Source: Tissierellia bacterium
Lineage (GTDB): Bacteria; Bacillota; Clostridia; Tissierellales; Peptoniphilaceae
Direction of reading: 5' to 3'
DNA: 64,000 bases
Assembly: GCA_030537855.1 (NCBI GenBank)
Contig: JAUNVD010000002.1
Location: 19,745 to 83,744, forward strand
How positions within the stretch are numbered: the stretch's first letter is position 1; each line of letters starts with the position of its first letter. Below, one piece after another: positions 7,540-18,000 of this stretch. A program made the translations under genes and the position numbers. The notes under the pieces are model-generated. The model did not search any database and was not told where the DNA came from. It worked only from the letters and a program-made list of their open reading frames with translations.

Positions 7540-9693
7540 ATGGGTATTCGAATTGCTCTAGCTGGAAATCCTAATAGTGGAAAATCCACATTATTTAATA
7601 CTTTAACAGGTAGTAACCAATATGTTGGAAACTGGCCTGGTGTTACTGTGGAAAAAAAGGAAGGTACATATAAAAAGGATAAGGATGTTTCCTTTACAGA
7701 TCTTCCTGGAATTTATTCTTTGTCTCCCTATACCTTAGAGGAGGTAGTTAGTAGGGACTATTTATTAAATGAAAAGCCAGATGTTATTATTGATGTAGTT
7801 GACGCATCAAATATAGAAAGAAACTTGTACTTAGCAACACAATTAGCTGAGATTGGTATCCCTATGGTACTAGCACTAAATATGATGGATATTGTAGAGA
7901 AAAATGGGGATCGAATTAACACTAAAGAATTAGAAAAAAGTCTTGGGTGTAAAGTTGTAGAAATCTCAGCACTAAAAAATAGAAATATAGATCATTTAAT
8001 CAATACTGCTAAGGAAGTAGCTAAAACAAAAATTCAGCCAATGGCTACCTTTACTGGAGAAGTGGAAAAGTATATCCAAAAAATTGAAGATACTGTTTCT
8101 TCTTTAAAAGGAGACCCTTCCGCTCGTTGGTATGCTATTAAATTATTTGAAAGTGATGATAAACTTCCTGGTCATCTTACAATTTCTCCAGAGGAACAAA
8201 ATAAAATTGAATCTATTATCAAAGAAGGAGAAGATGCTTTTGATGATGATGGAGAAGGAATTATTACTGATGCAAGATATCAATTTGTTACTGAAATTAC
8301 TAAAAATACAGTAAAAAAAGGTCGCTCCGGGTTAACAACTTCTGATAAAATTGATCGAATAGTAACCAATCGATTTTTAGCACTACCTATTTTTGCTGCA
8401 ATTATGTTTGGGGTTTATTTTATTGCTATCTCCATTGTTGGAGGACCGGTGACTGATTGGGTCAATGATGTTTTCTTTGGGGAAATCATCGGTGGAGGTT
8501 TGGAAGGATTTTTAACAAGTATTGGAACAGCTGAATGGTTGGTATCTTTAATTGTAGAAGGAATTGTAGGAGGAGTTGGTGCAGTTCTTGGTTTCTTACC
8601 AATTATTGCTACCTTGTATTTTTTACTTGCTATTTTAGAAGATATTGGATATATGAGTCGTATCGCCTTTATTTTAGACCGTATTTTCCGTAAGTTTGGT
8701 CTTTCTGGAAAATCCTTTATTCCTATTTTAATTGGAACAGGATGTTCTGTTCCAGGAATTATGGCAACAAGAACGATAGAAAATGAAAACGATCGAAAAA
8801 TGACCATTGTAGTAGCTAGTTTTATGCCATGTGGAGCAAAGACAGAGATTATAGCATTATTTGCAGCATCTATTTTTGTTGGAAAATGGTGGTTTGCACC
8901 AATTTGCTACTTTGCAGGTATTATTGCAGTGGTGGTTTCAGGAATTATCTTAAAGAAAACCAAGAGATTTGCAGGTGACCCTGCACCATTTGTTATGGAA
9001 CTTCCTGAATACCATATTCCAAGTGCTTACAATGTAGTTAAAAGTACTTACGATCGTTGTAAGGCCTTTGTTATTAAAGCTGGAACCATTATTTTGGCAG
9101 CTACAGTTGTTATATGGTTCTTAAGTAATATTTCTGTTCATGGAGAGTTCCGTGTCTTTGCAGATGATTCTACAGATAGTATTTTAGCAGCAATAGGTAA
9201 GGTTTTTGCTCCTTTATTTGCACCTCTTGGATTTGGTAACTGGATGGCAACTGTTGCAACAGCTTTAGGTCTTGTTGCAAAAGAAGTTGTAGTAGGTACT
9301 TATGGTGTAGTTGCTGGTTTGGGTTCAGATCTTGGGGCTGATGATCCAAGTATGCTTGAATATGTGAGAGGAACTTTTACAGCTGTTTCTGCTATGAGCT
9401 TTATGATATTTAATCAATTGAATGTTCCATGTTTTGCAGCAGTGGGTGCTATTCGAGAAGAAATGCATGATGCAAAATGGACCACCTTTGCGATTTTATA
9501 TCAAAGTATTTTCTCCTATGTGATTGCTTTAATTATCTATCAATTTGGAAATGTTTTGGTGATGGGAGAACCTGTAACTATCTGGACTATTATTGCAGGA
9601 ATTTGTTTAGCCGTTATTATATTCTTACTTCTACGTAAGGATCCTAATGAAAAGGAAAGATTAAAAGCAAGGTCTATAGTAACAGAATCCTAA
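7540..9693 (+). CDS. feoB: ferrous iron transporter FeoB
   Basis: N-terminal GTPase motifs (GNPNSGKST, DLPG) followed by a polytopic membrane domain. 717 aa. Confidence 0.95.
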   Translation: MGIRIALAGNPNSGKSTLFNTLTGSNQYVGNWPGVTVEKKEGTYKKDKDVSFTDLPGIYSLSPYTLEEVVSRDYLLNEKPDVIIDVVDASNIERNLYLATQLAEIGIPMVLALNMMDIVEKNGDRINTKELEKSLGCKVVEISALKNRNIDHLINTAKEVAKTKIQPMATFTGEVEKYIQKIEDTVSSLKGDPSARWYAIKLFESDDKLPGHLTISPEEQNKIESIIKEGEDAFDDDGEGIITDARYQFVTEITKNTVKKGRSGLTTSDKIDRIVTNRFLALPIFAAIMFGVYFIAISIVGGPVTDWVNDVFFGEIIGGGLEGFLTSIGTAEWLVSLIVEGIVGGVGAVLGFLPIIATLYFLLAILEDIGYMSRIAFILDRIFRKFGLSGKSFIPILIGTGCSVPGIMATRTIENENDRKMTIVVASFMPCGAKTEIIALFAASIFVGKWWFAPICYFAGIIAVVVSGIILKKTKRFAGDPAPFVMELPEYHIPSAYNVVKSTYDRCKAFVIKAGTIILAATVVIWFLSNISVHGEFRVFADDSTDSILAAIGKVFAPLFAPLGFGNWMATVATALGLVAKEVVVGTYGVVAGLGSDLGADDPSMLEYVRGTFTAVSAMSFMIFNQLNVPCFAAVGAIREEMHDAKWTTFAILYQSIFSYVIALIIYQFGNVLVMGEPVTIWTIIAGICLAVIIFLLLRKDPNEKERLKARSIVTES

Positions 9694-9723
9694 TAAAACA
9701 CTCACGGAGAGGAAGTGACAAAT

Positions 9724-9900
9724 ATGGAAAATTTGCCAACGATTATCGTCGGTTTAATCGTATTATTGGTATTTATCTATGCCGTGATGAAAACAAAAAA
9801 CACTGGTGGCGGTTGTGGTTGTGGCTGTAGTGGTTGTAAGTATGCCTGCCATCAAAAGGGAAAAAAGAATAAGAATGAAAAAGGTCATCCTATGGGATGA
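9724..9900 (+). CDS. FeoB-associated Cys-rich membrane protein
   Basis: One TM helix followed by GGGCGCGCSGCKYAC. It follows feoB. GTG 9715 is an alternative start. Confidence 0.7.
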   Translation: MENLPTIIVGLIVLLVFIYAVMKTKNTGGGCGCGCSGCKYACHQKGKKNKNEKGHPMG

Positions 9901-10238
9901 TCTTTTTTTGAGAAATTAATAAAATTAGACCCTTTTATAAGAAAATATAACCATTTTTATTTCTTGGAGCATTATTTTAATAAATCAATAAATTGATTTT
10001 TTAGAAAAAGAAATAATCAAAAAAATTTTTTTAAGAAATCTCTTATTGATAGGTGTTTTCAAAGTCTTGAGCATTTGTAAATAACGGATTTTCAGAGTTT
10101 TGGAATAAAATATTTTTCTGTAATTTATTAATATATTAAAAAAATCTAGAGAATTTCATAAAATTACGTTGAATATTTTAAAAAAGATGTTATAATAGAA
10201 TCATAAGTTAAATTAAAGAAAATGATGGAGGTTTTATT

Positions 10239-10406
10239 ATGGCTCATATTATTACTGATGAATGCATCGCTTGTGGTGCTTGTAAACCAGAATGTCCAGT
10301 AGATTGTATTACTGAAGGCGCAATTTACGAAATTGATCAAGATGCTTGTATCGATTGTGGATCTTGTGCAGCTGTTTGCCCAACTGGTGCAGCTCAACCT
10401 GAATAA
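10239..10406 (+). CDS. fdx: clostridial-type 2x[4Fe-4S] ferredoxin (55 aa), absent from the ORF track
   Basis: My translation is MAHIITDECIACGACKPECPVDCITEGAIYEIDQDACIDCGSCAAVCPTGAAQPE, which has two CxxCxxCxxxCP motifs. RBS GGAGG 8 nt upstream and a terminator downstream. Confidence 0.9.
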   Translation: MAHIITDECIACGACKPECPVDCITEGAIYEIDQDACIDCGSCAAVCPTGAAQPE

Positions 10407-10416
10407 AAGGTTACAT

Positions 10417-10447
10417 AACGGAAGGGGTTTCCTTTCCGTTTTTTATT
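10417..10447 (+). terminator. intrinsic terminator of the ferredoxin gene
   Basis: AACGGAAGG / CCTT(T)CCGTT stem plus a T-run. Confidence 0.75.
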
Positions 10448-10453
10448 TCTCTT

Positions 10454-10488
10454 AAAAATCTGTTGGCATTTTGTCGACAGATTTTTTT
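10454..10488. terminator. second hairpin in the convergent gap (A-run / T-run flanked)
   Basis: AAAAATCTGT...ACAGATTTTTTT. Confidence 0.4.
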
Positions 10489-10490
10489 AT

Positions 10491-10535
10491 AAAAAAGACC
10501 ACCAAATTTCACTCCCTAGAGTAAGGTTTGGTGGT
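10491..10535 (-). terminator. intrinsic terminator of the acn-icd-citrate synthase operon
   Basis: ACCACCAAA / TTTGGTGGT stem with a T-run on the minus strand. Confidence 0.65.
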
Positions 10536-10560
10536 AAAAATATTCATACGTTTTTTCAAC

Positions 10561-11916
10561 TTATCTTTCTTCTGGTGGAATAAATGGCATTGGGGCATTT
10601 AAGGTTACATAAGCAGGACGCATTATTTTATTGTCCATAACTTGTTCCATTCTATGGGCACACCAACCGGTAGTTCTCGAGACTCCAAAAAGTGGTGTGT
10701 ATAAATCATGGGGAATATCTAACATTTGATAAACTAATCCTGAATATAAGTCAACATTTGCTGGTGCAGGATAGTCTGTATTCCTTCTCTTTCGTAAAAG
10801 CTCGCCACCTATTTCTTCTATATCATTGATTAAAGCAAAGGATTCTTCAAAACCCTTTAATTTTGCTAGTTCTGCAGCTTTTTCTTTTAAGAGAACAGCT
10901 CGTGGATCTGACATAGTATAAACAGCATGTCCTAGTCCATAAATCAATCCTTTTTGGTCAAAAGCCCTTCCTTCTAAAATTTTCTCTAAATATTGGCGTA
11001 AAGCTTTTCGATCATCCCATCGTGGTAAATGTGCTTTAATGTCGTCAACCATAGATGCTACCATAAGATTTGCTCCACCATGGCGAGGCCCTTTTAGGGA
11101 ACCAAGGGCTGTGGCAATGGCAGAATAAGTGTCTGTTCCTGAAGAGGAAACTACATGAGTGGCAAAAGCAGAGTTATTACCTCCCCCATGTTCTGCATGA
11201 ACCACCATAAGAATATCTAGCATATCTACTTCTTCTTGGGTAAATTCTCTATTTTCACGTATTAAATGTAAAATATTTTCTGCTGTATTATATTCTTCTT
11301 TTGGACGATGGATGATTAAGGATTGGTCGTCAATATAATGTCTTTTTGCTGCATAACAATAAGCCATAATGGAAGGAATTTTAGCTATTAGGTTGATAGA
11401 TTGTTTTAAAACATTATAAGTATCTGTGTCATCTGGACTTTCGTCAAAGGTATATAATGCTAAAACAGATTGCATCATTTTATTCATAAGGTCCTTACTA
11501 GGAATTTTTAAAATAACATCTTCCAAGTACTTATCAGGAAGGGGACGTAATCGACAAAGGGTATCCTTATAAATTTTTAGATTTTCTTGATTTGGTAAAG
11601 AACCTAAAAGTAATAAATAGGATACTTCTTCAAAGATATTTCTACCTGTTTCTTCTCCGTTTTTGACGATATCAATTAAAGAATATCCTCGGTAACTAAG
11701 ATCACCTTCACAAGGGGTTTTTTCTCCGTCTACATATTTATATCCTTTTACATCGGCGACACGGGTGATTCCAACTAAAACCCCTGTACCATTTTTATTT
11801 CTTAGTCCTCGTTTTACTTTATATTTATCATATAATTCAGGTTGGATATAAGATCGCTTTTCAATGATGTCTACAAATTCTTTAAAACGATTCTTCAGTC
11901 CTCCATGTTGCTCCAT
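10561..11916 (-). CDS. citrate synthase
   Basis: GPRHGGAN and GLGHAVY motifs of the citrate synthase family. Start moved to ATG 11916 (RBS AAAGGTG). Confidence 0.9.
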   Translation of the reverse strand: MEQHGGLKNRFKEFVDIIEKRSYIQPELYDKYKVKRGLRNKNGTGVLVGITRVADVKGYKYVDGEKTPCEGDLSYRGYSLIDIVKNGEETGRNIFEEVSYLLLLGSLPNQENLKIYKDTLCRLRPLPDKYLEDVILKIPSKDLMNKMMQSVLALYTFDESPDDTDTYNVLKQSINLIAKIPSIMAYCYAAKRHYIDDQSLIIHRPKEEYNTAENILHLIRENREFTQEEVDMLDILMVVHAEHGGGNNSAFATHVVSSSGTDTYSAIATALGSLKGPRHGGANLMVASMVDDIKAHLPRWDDRKALRQYLEKILEGRAFDQKGLIYGLGHAVYTMSDPRAVLLKEKAAELAKLKGFEESFALINDIEEIGGELLRKRRNTDYPAPANVDLYSGLVYQMLDIPHDLYTPLFGVSRTTGWCAHRMEQVMDNKIMRPAYVTLNAPMPFIPPEER

Positions 11917-11921
11917 AATAT

Positions 11922-12920
11922 TCACCTTTCCATTTCTTTTAAAATACATGTAGTAAATTCTCTTGTCCCAACTTTTCCTCCAAGTTCATAGGTAAAGTTA
12001 TCTGTATTTGATAGTACTTTTTCAATGGCTTTCCGAATACTATTACCTTTATCTTCGTGACCGATATAATCTAAAAGCATAGCACCAGAAAGAAGGATAG
12101 CTGTTGGATTTGCTAAGTCTTTACCAGCTATATCTGGAGCTGATCCATGAACGGCTTCAAAAATAGCAAGATTTTCCCCAATATTAGCTCCAGGAATCAA
12201 TCCTAATCCTCCAACAAGTCCTGCACATAAATCGGATAAAATATCACCATATAAATTTTCGGTTACAATAACTTTATAATTTTCTGGATGCATAACCAAC
12301 TGCATACACATATTATCGATAAGGACTTCTTCTAGTTGGATACCTTTATAATTTTTTGCAACATCTCTAGCACACTGTAGAAATAAACCGTCGGTTAATT
12401 TCATAATATTTGCTTTAGTTACCACAGTCACTTTTTCGATTCCATGTTCTTTTGCATAGTCAAAGGCTTTTTTTATAATTCGTATTGATTTCTCCTGGGT
12501 GATCACCTTTATAGAGTGGGCTTCTGTAGGAGAAATTTGTTTTTCAATTCCTGCATATAAATCTTCTGTATTTTCCCGAAAAATAATGATATCTACATTT
12601 GGATATAATGAAGGAACTTTACCAATTCTCTTTACCGGGCGAATATTTGCATATAAATCATACTTTTTTCGAAGAGCTACATTTACACTGGAAAAGCCCT
12701 CTCCAATAGGTGTAGTAACAGGGCCTTTGATTCCAATTTTATTTTTTTCTAAGGATTGAAATAATTCTTCAGGAAGGTAAGTTCCAGTTTTTTTATAAGC
12801 ATCGGCTCCAGCTACATATTCTTCCCAAGTAATATCCAATCCTGTTTTTTCCATAACTGCTTTTAAGGATTTTATAATTTCTGGCCCAATTCCATCTCCA
12901 GGGATTAGTGTAATCTTCAT
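11922..12920 (-). CDS. icd: isocitrate dehydrogenase (isocitrate/isopropylmalate dehydrogenase family, short NAD-type)
   Basis: Family motifs (IRENTEDLY, NLYGDILSD). The call is supported by its position between aconitase and citrate synthase. Confidence 0.8.
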   Translation of the reverse strand: MKITLIPGDGIGPEIIKSLKAVMEKTGLDITWEEYVAGADAYKKTGTYLPEELFQSLEKNKIGIKGPVTTPIGEGFSSVNVALRKKYDLYANIRPVKRIGKVPSLYPNVDIIIFRENTEDLYAGIEKQISPTEAHSIKVITQEKSIRIIKKAFDYAKEHGIEKVTVVTKANIMKLTDGLFLQCARDVAKNYKGIQLEEVLIDNMCMQLVMHPENYKVIVTENLYGDILSDLCAGLVGGLGLIPGANIGENLAIFEAVHGSAPDIAGKDLANPTAILLSGAMLLDYIGHEDKGNSIRKAIEKVLSNTDNFTYELGGKVGTREFTTCILKEMER

Positions 12921-14848
12921 TTTTTTCCTCCATCTAAATGTTTTGAATAATTTAAATATCCACCTTCACGAAGAACAGCTTCTTCCCTTGGAGAAAGTGT
13001 AAGTTCTAGAAGGATATCGATATCTTTATTGACCACCTTTAAACGTAAATCCCCTTGACCAATGGTTTCCTTTAGGTTATCTAAACGTAGTAGATCTCCT
13101 TCTTCCAGTTTTTCATAATCTTCTTTATTTTTGAAAACCAATGGGAGAATACCTGTATTGATTAAATTAGATCGATGAATTCTTGCAAAACTTTTTGCAA
13201 TGACACCAACAATTCCTAAATATAAAGGAACTAAAGCTGCATGCTCTCTAGAGGAGCCTTGTCCATAATTTTCTCCTCCTACAATAAAACCACCATGATT
13301 TTCCTTAGCTCTTTGTTCAAAATCATCAATTAAAGTAGTAAAGGCAAAGGATGCTAAATGAGGAATATTGGAACGATAGGGGAGTAATTTTGCATTGGAA
13401 GGAACAATATCATCAGTTGTTATATTATCCCCAGCTTTAAAAATAATCTTTTTTTCTATAGTATTAGGTAAAGCTGTGTTAAGAGGGAAAGGCTTAATAT
13501 TTGGTCCCATCATTGTGGTTTTTCTTCTCTTATCTTTTTCCTTAGGATAGACAAAATAATGATCTACCTTACCATAAGAATCGGGTTCTTCTATTACTGG
13601 TGCAGACCAAGTAGAAGGGTCTGTTAAATAACCGGTAATAGCAGAAACTGCTGCTGTTTCTGGGCTGACAAGATAAACTTTTGCATCCTTAGTACCAGAA
13701 CGACCTTTAAAGTTTCGATTAAACGTCCGTAAAGAAACACCTTCAGATTTTGGGGCTTGTCCCATTCCTATACAAGGACCACAAGCAGACTCTAAAATTC
13801 TGGCTCCAGATAAAATCATTTGAGATAAGGCTCCATTTTCACTAAGTTGTCGTAAAATATTTGCAGATCCTGGACTGATAACTAAGGAGACATCAGGATG
13901 AACTTGTTTTCCCTTTAAAATTTCAGCTACCTTCATCATATCTCCATAGGAAGAATTGGTACAAGAGCCGATAGCCACTTGATCCACCTTTATCTTTTCA
14001 TCCTTTATTTCTAATACATTATCTGGACTATGAGGACCAGCAGTTAATGGAGTTAAAGTATTTAAATCAATGGAAATACTATTATCATAAATAGCATCAG
14101 CATCAGGAGAAAGAGGCAAATAATCTTTCTCTCTCCCTTGACGTTTTAAATATTTTCTTGTAATTTCGTCAGAAGGGAAAATAGACGTAGTTGCACCAAG
14201 TTCAGCCCCCATGTTACAAATAGTGGCTCGGTCAGTAACGGAAAGGTTTTTTACCCCTTCCCCAGTATATTCCATAATATACCCTACGCCACCTTTAACA
14301 GTTAAACGTCGCAGAACCTCTAAGATCACATCTTTGGCATTAACCATTGGAGGTAGAGATCCAGTTAATTCCACTTGAAAAACCTTAGGTGTCGTCAAAT
14401 AATAAATACCCCTTGCCATACCAACAGCCACATCTAATCCTCCAGCACCGATTGCTATCGCACCTAAACCTCCTCCAGTAGGAGTATGGGAATCAGAACC
14501 AATTAAAATAGTTCCTGGTATTCCAAATCGTTCTAAATGTACTTGATGACAAATCCCTCCTCCAGGTTTAGAAAAAATAATACCATATTTTTCAGCTGCG
14601 GATGCAATAAAGGCATGATCATCAGCGTTTTCGAAGCCAGACTGTAACATATTATGATCTATATATGCTACAGACAAGTCTGTTTGGACTTCTTCTGGTT
14701 CCATAGCTTCTAGTTGTAAATATGCCATTGTACCTGTAGAATCTTGGGTCAATGTTTGATTGACTTTTACTTTAATTTCTTCTCCTGGTTTTAAATTTCC
14801 TTCTAATAAATGAGATTCTAAAATTTTATAAGCTAAAGTTTTTCCCAT
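12917..14848 (-). CDS. acn: aconitate hydratase (~640-aa single-chain type)
   Basis: GSDSHT, IGSCTNSS, CGPCIG and GQGSSREHAA motifs. Start moved to MGKTLAYK (14848). The stop overlaps the icd start (ATGA). Confidence 0.9.
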   Translation of the reverse strand: MGKTLAYKILESHLLEGNLKPGEEIKVKVNQTLTQDSTGTMAYLQLEAMEPEEVQTDLSVAYIDHNMLQSGFENADDHAFIASAAEKYGIIFSKPGGGICHQVHLERFGIPGTILIGSDSHTPTGGGLGAIAIGAGGLDVAVGMARGIYYLTTPKVFQVELTGSLPPMVNAKDVILEVLRRLTVKGGVGYIMEYTGEGVKNLSVTDRATICNMGAELGATTSIFPSDEITRKYLKRQGREKDYLPLSPDADAIYDNSISIDLNTLTPLTAGPHSPDNVLEIKDEKIKVDQVAIGSCTNSSYGDMMKVAEILKGKQVHPDVSLVISPGSANILRQLSENGALSQMILSGARILESACGPCIGMGQAPKSEGVSLRTFNRNFKGRSGTKDAKVYLVSPETAAVSAITGYLTDPSTWSAPVIEEPDSYGKVDHYFVYPKEKDKRRKTTMMGPNIKPFPLNTALPNTIEKKIIFKAGDNITTDDIVPSNAKLLPYRSNIPHLASFAFTTLIDDFEQRAKENHGGFIVGGENYGQGSSREHAALVPLYLGIVGVIAKSFARIHRSNLINTGILPLVFKNKEDYEKLEEGDLLRLDNLKETIGQGDLRLKVVNKDIDILLELTLSPREEAVLREGGYLNYSKHLDGGKK

Positions 14849-14882
14849 TTTTACACATCCTAACCTAAAATTTTTATTTTCT

Positions 14883-14891
14883 ATTATATCA
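14883..14891 (-). promoter_or_regulatory. extended -10 promoter element of the acn operon
   Basis: TGATATAAT read on the minus strand, ~35 nt upstream of the acn start. Confidence 0.45.
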
Positions 14892-14963
14892 CAATGACTT
14901 GGTAAAATATATGATATTAAGGGAATCCTTAGAAAGAAAACATGTGCAATCACTCATGTAATC

Positions 14964-14990
14964 TTCATAACCATCTTAAGTGGTTATGAA
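14964..14990. promoter_or_regulatory. perfect 10-bp inverted repeat in the divergent promoter region (candidate operator)
   Basis: TTCATAACCA-tcttaag-TGGTTATGAA. Confidence 0.4.
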
Positions 14991-15022
14991 ATATAAAATA
15001 ATGATACATTTTGAAAAGAAAG

Positions 15023-15031
15023 TGATATAAT
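15023..15031 (+). promoter_or_regulatory. extended -10 promoter element of the activase-fusion gene
   Basis: TGATATAAT ~45 nt upstream of ATG 15075. Confidence 0.45.
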
Positions 15032-15074
15032 AGGTATATATCAAAAAATGTTTAAAAGTAAGGAAGGATGACAA

Positions 15075-18000
15075 ATGAAACTGCATATGGGACTTGATGT
15101 AGGGTCTACTACTGTAAAATTAGTGGTCCTAAATCAAAAGCTGGAATTACTTTATTCCACTTACCGTCGTCATTTTTCAGATGTGAAAAAGACGGTAAAA
15201 GATGTAATGAATGATTGTTATCGAAAATTTAAATATGATACTGTTACCATTAATGTAACAGGTTCTGGAGGTCTTTCCGTTCATGAATCTTTGGAAATTC
15301 CTTTTATACAAGAAGTGGTAGCAGGAACTGAAGCTATTAAAGAATTTTTACCCCAAACAGATGTTGCGATAGAACTTGGGGGAGAAGATTCAAAAATCAC
15401 GTATCTAAAAGATAGTTTAGAACAAAGAATGAATAGTATCTGTGCTGGAGGGACTGGCGCTTTTATTGACCAGATGGCTAGCTTACTGGAAACTGATGCT
15501 GGAGGATTAAACGAACTTGCCAAGGAGCATAAAAAAATCTATCCCATTGCATCAAGATGTGGTGTGTTTGCTAAAACCGATGTCCAAGCCTTAGTAAATC
15601 AAGGAGCTACTAAAGCAGACATTGCAGGATCTGTATTTCAATCTGTAGTTAATCAAACAATTTCTAACTTAGCTTGTGGGCGGCCCATTGAAGGAAGGGT
15701 AGCCTTTTTAGGTGGACCACTTCACTTTTTGTCGGAACTTCGCAGTAGATTTATTGAAACTTTGGAACTTGGAGAAGAGGAAGCTCTCATACCAGAAAAC
15801 TCAGAGCTCTTTGTAGCATTAGGTGCTGCTATTGGAGGGATGGATAATGAGGGGATTTCCTTTTTAGAATTATATCAACGAGCGCAAAATCCTAAGGAAA
15901 CACCTAGAGATAGTGAGGATTTTCTACCACCCCTATTTTCTTCAAAAGAAGAATATGAGGAATTTAAAACACGTCATGAAACAGATTCCCTACCTGTAAA
16001 AGACATAGAAGAATATGAAGGGCCTATGTATCTTGGAATTGATGCTGGTTCTACTACTTCGAAGATGGTTCTTTTAGGTGAAAACAAAGAAATTTTATAT
16101 ACCTTTTATGGGTCCAACAAAGGATCTCCTTTAGAAATTATTCGGGAAAAAACTTTAGAAATTCTATCTCATTGTAATGAACAACGATGGATAGCAGCTG
16201 CTGGTTCCACTGGATATGGAGAAGATTTTATAAAATCAGCACTGGGACTTGATTTTGGAGAAGTTGAAACTATTGCCCATTTTAAGGCAGCGAAGTTCTT
16301 TGAACCTGAAGTTGATTTTATCTTGGACATTGGTGGACAAGATATGAAATCTATGAGAATTAAAGATGGAGTTATTGAATCTATCTTATTAAATGAAGCC
16401 TGTAGTTCTGGATGTGGTTCTTTCCTAGAAGCCTTTGCCAATACAGTACAAATGTCTGTAGAAGAATTTTCTAAAGTAGGTCTTTTAGCAAAACACCCGA
16501 TGGATTTAGGTAGTCGTTGTACTGTCTTTATGAATTCACTGGTGAAAAAAGCTCAAAAAGACGGAGCAGAAGTAGGAGATATTGCAGCTGGACTGGCGTA
16601 TTCTGTTATCAAGAATGCAATACAAAAAGTAATAAAGATTAGAGATCCTCGAGAACTAGGAGAGCATATTGTAGTCCAAGGTGGTACTTTTTATGGAGAT
16701 GCTGTACTACGTGCTTTTGAATTGATAACAGAAAGGGAAGTAATACGCCCAAATATTGCAGGGCTTATGGGGGCTCTTGGTATGGCTTTAATCGGAATGG
16801 AAAAAGGATTAGAAAAATCCTCTATTCTATCTCGTGGAGAAATGGAAACTTTAAGTTTTCAAACAAGAAATACTCATTGTAATCGCTGTACCAATCAATG
16901 TCCATTAACGATACATCTATTTTCCAATGGTAATCGCTTTATTACTGGGAATCGATGTGAACGAGGAGCAGGAGTGGTATACGAAAAAGGGGAGGAAATT
17001 CCAAACCTTTATGCCTATAAACTTCATCGTCTCTTTGATTATCGTCCTTTGGAAAAAGAGAGAGCAAAAAGAGGAACGGTAGGAATTCCAAGGGTTTTAA
17101 ATATGTATGAAAACTATCCTTTCTGGTTCCGTTTCTTTACCGAACTAGGGTATCATGTTGTTTTATCTGACATGACCACTAGGAAGTTATATGAAGAAGG
17201 AATGAAATCCATTATAAGCGAAACCGCATGTTATCCTGCAAAAATAAGTCATGGACATATTGAAAACTTAGTGAAGAAAGATGTGGATTTTATCTTTTAT
17301 CCATCTATATTTTATGAAGAACAAACCTATGAAAGTGCAGATAATACACTAAATTGTCCTGTAGTTGCAGGATATCCAGAAGTGATTGCTCATAATGTTT
17401 CCTCCTTAAAGGAAAATAATATACCTTTCCTACATCCATTTTTATCCTTTGACCATAGGAAAAAATTGGAAAAAAGATTAGGAGAAGTATTTAAAGACAT
17501 CCCTTATGGAGAAATAAAAAATGCGGTGCGAGCAGCTTATCGAGAGCAAGATGAATATCGAGAAGATGTGGCGAAAAAGGGAAGAGAAACTTTACAATAT
17601 CTAGAAGAGAATCATAAAAAAGGAATTGTACTAGCTGGAAGACCCTATCATGTGGATCCGGAAATCAACCATGGTGTACCTGGATTAATCACATCTCTAG
17701 GATTAGCAGTTTTATCAGAAGATTCTATTGCTGGAGATGTAGAACTTGAGGGAAGACTACGAGTACTTGACCAATGGAATTATCATTCCAAACTTTACCG
17801 AAGTGCACAGTTTGTAGGGGAACATAAAAATTTGGAAATGGTACAACTAAACTCCTTTGGTTGTGGACTAGATGCAGTGACCACAGACCAAGTGAATGAG
17901 ATTTTAGCCTCCTATCATAAAATTTACACCGTCTTAAAAATTGATGAAGTCAATAATTTAGGAGCGGTAAAAATAAGGTTACGTTCCTTATTAGAAGCTG

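Noticed and set aside
8132-8807. Internal ORFs within feoB (8132-8314 plus strand, 8415-8807 minus strand). Many 60-110-aa antisense or out-of-frame ORFs inside the large surface-protein, ggt, activase and helicase genes fall in the same category.
   Set aside because: All lie entirely within longer ORFs that have clear family identity. They lack an RBS and have low-complexity or biased composition typical of shadow frames.
10164-10397. 77-aa minus-strand ORF.
   Set aside because: It is the antisense shadow of the 55-aa ferredoxin gene on the plus strand, which has intact Cys motifs, an RBS and a terminator.
14849-14953. 35-codon N-terminal extension of the aconitase ORF. Similar extensions occur at 11917-11949, 37754-37804 and 47536-47574.
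   Set aside because: The extensions have no RBS, run into promoter regions, and are hydrophobic or odd in composition. Internal ATGs with proper RBS spacing give family-typical N-termini.
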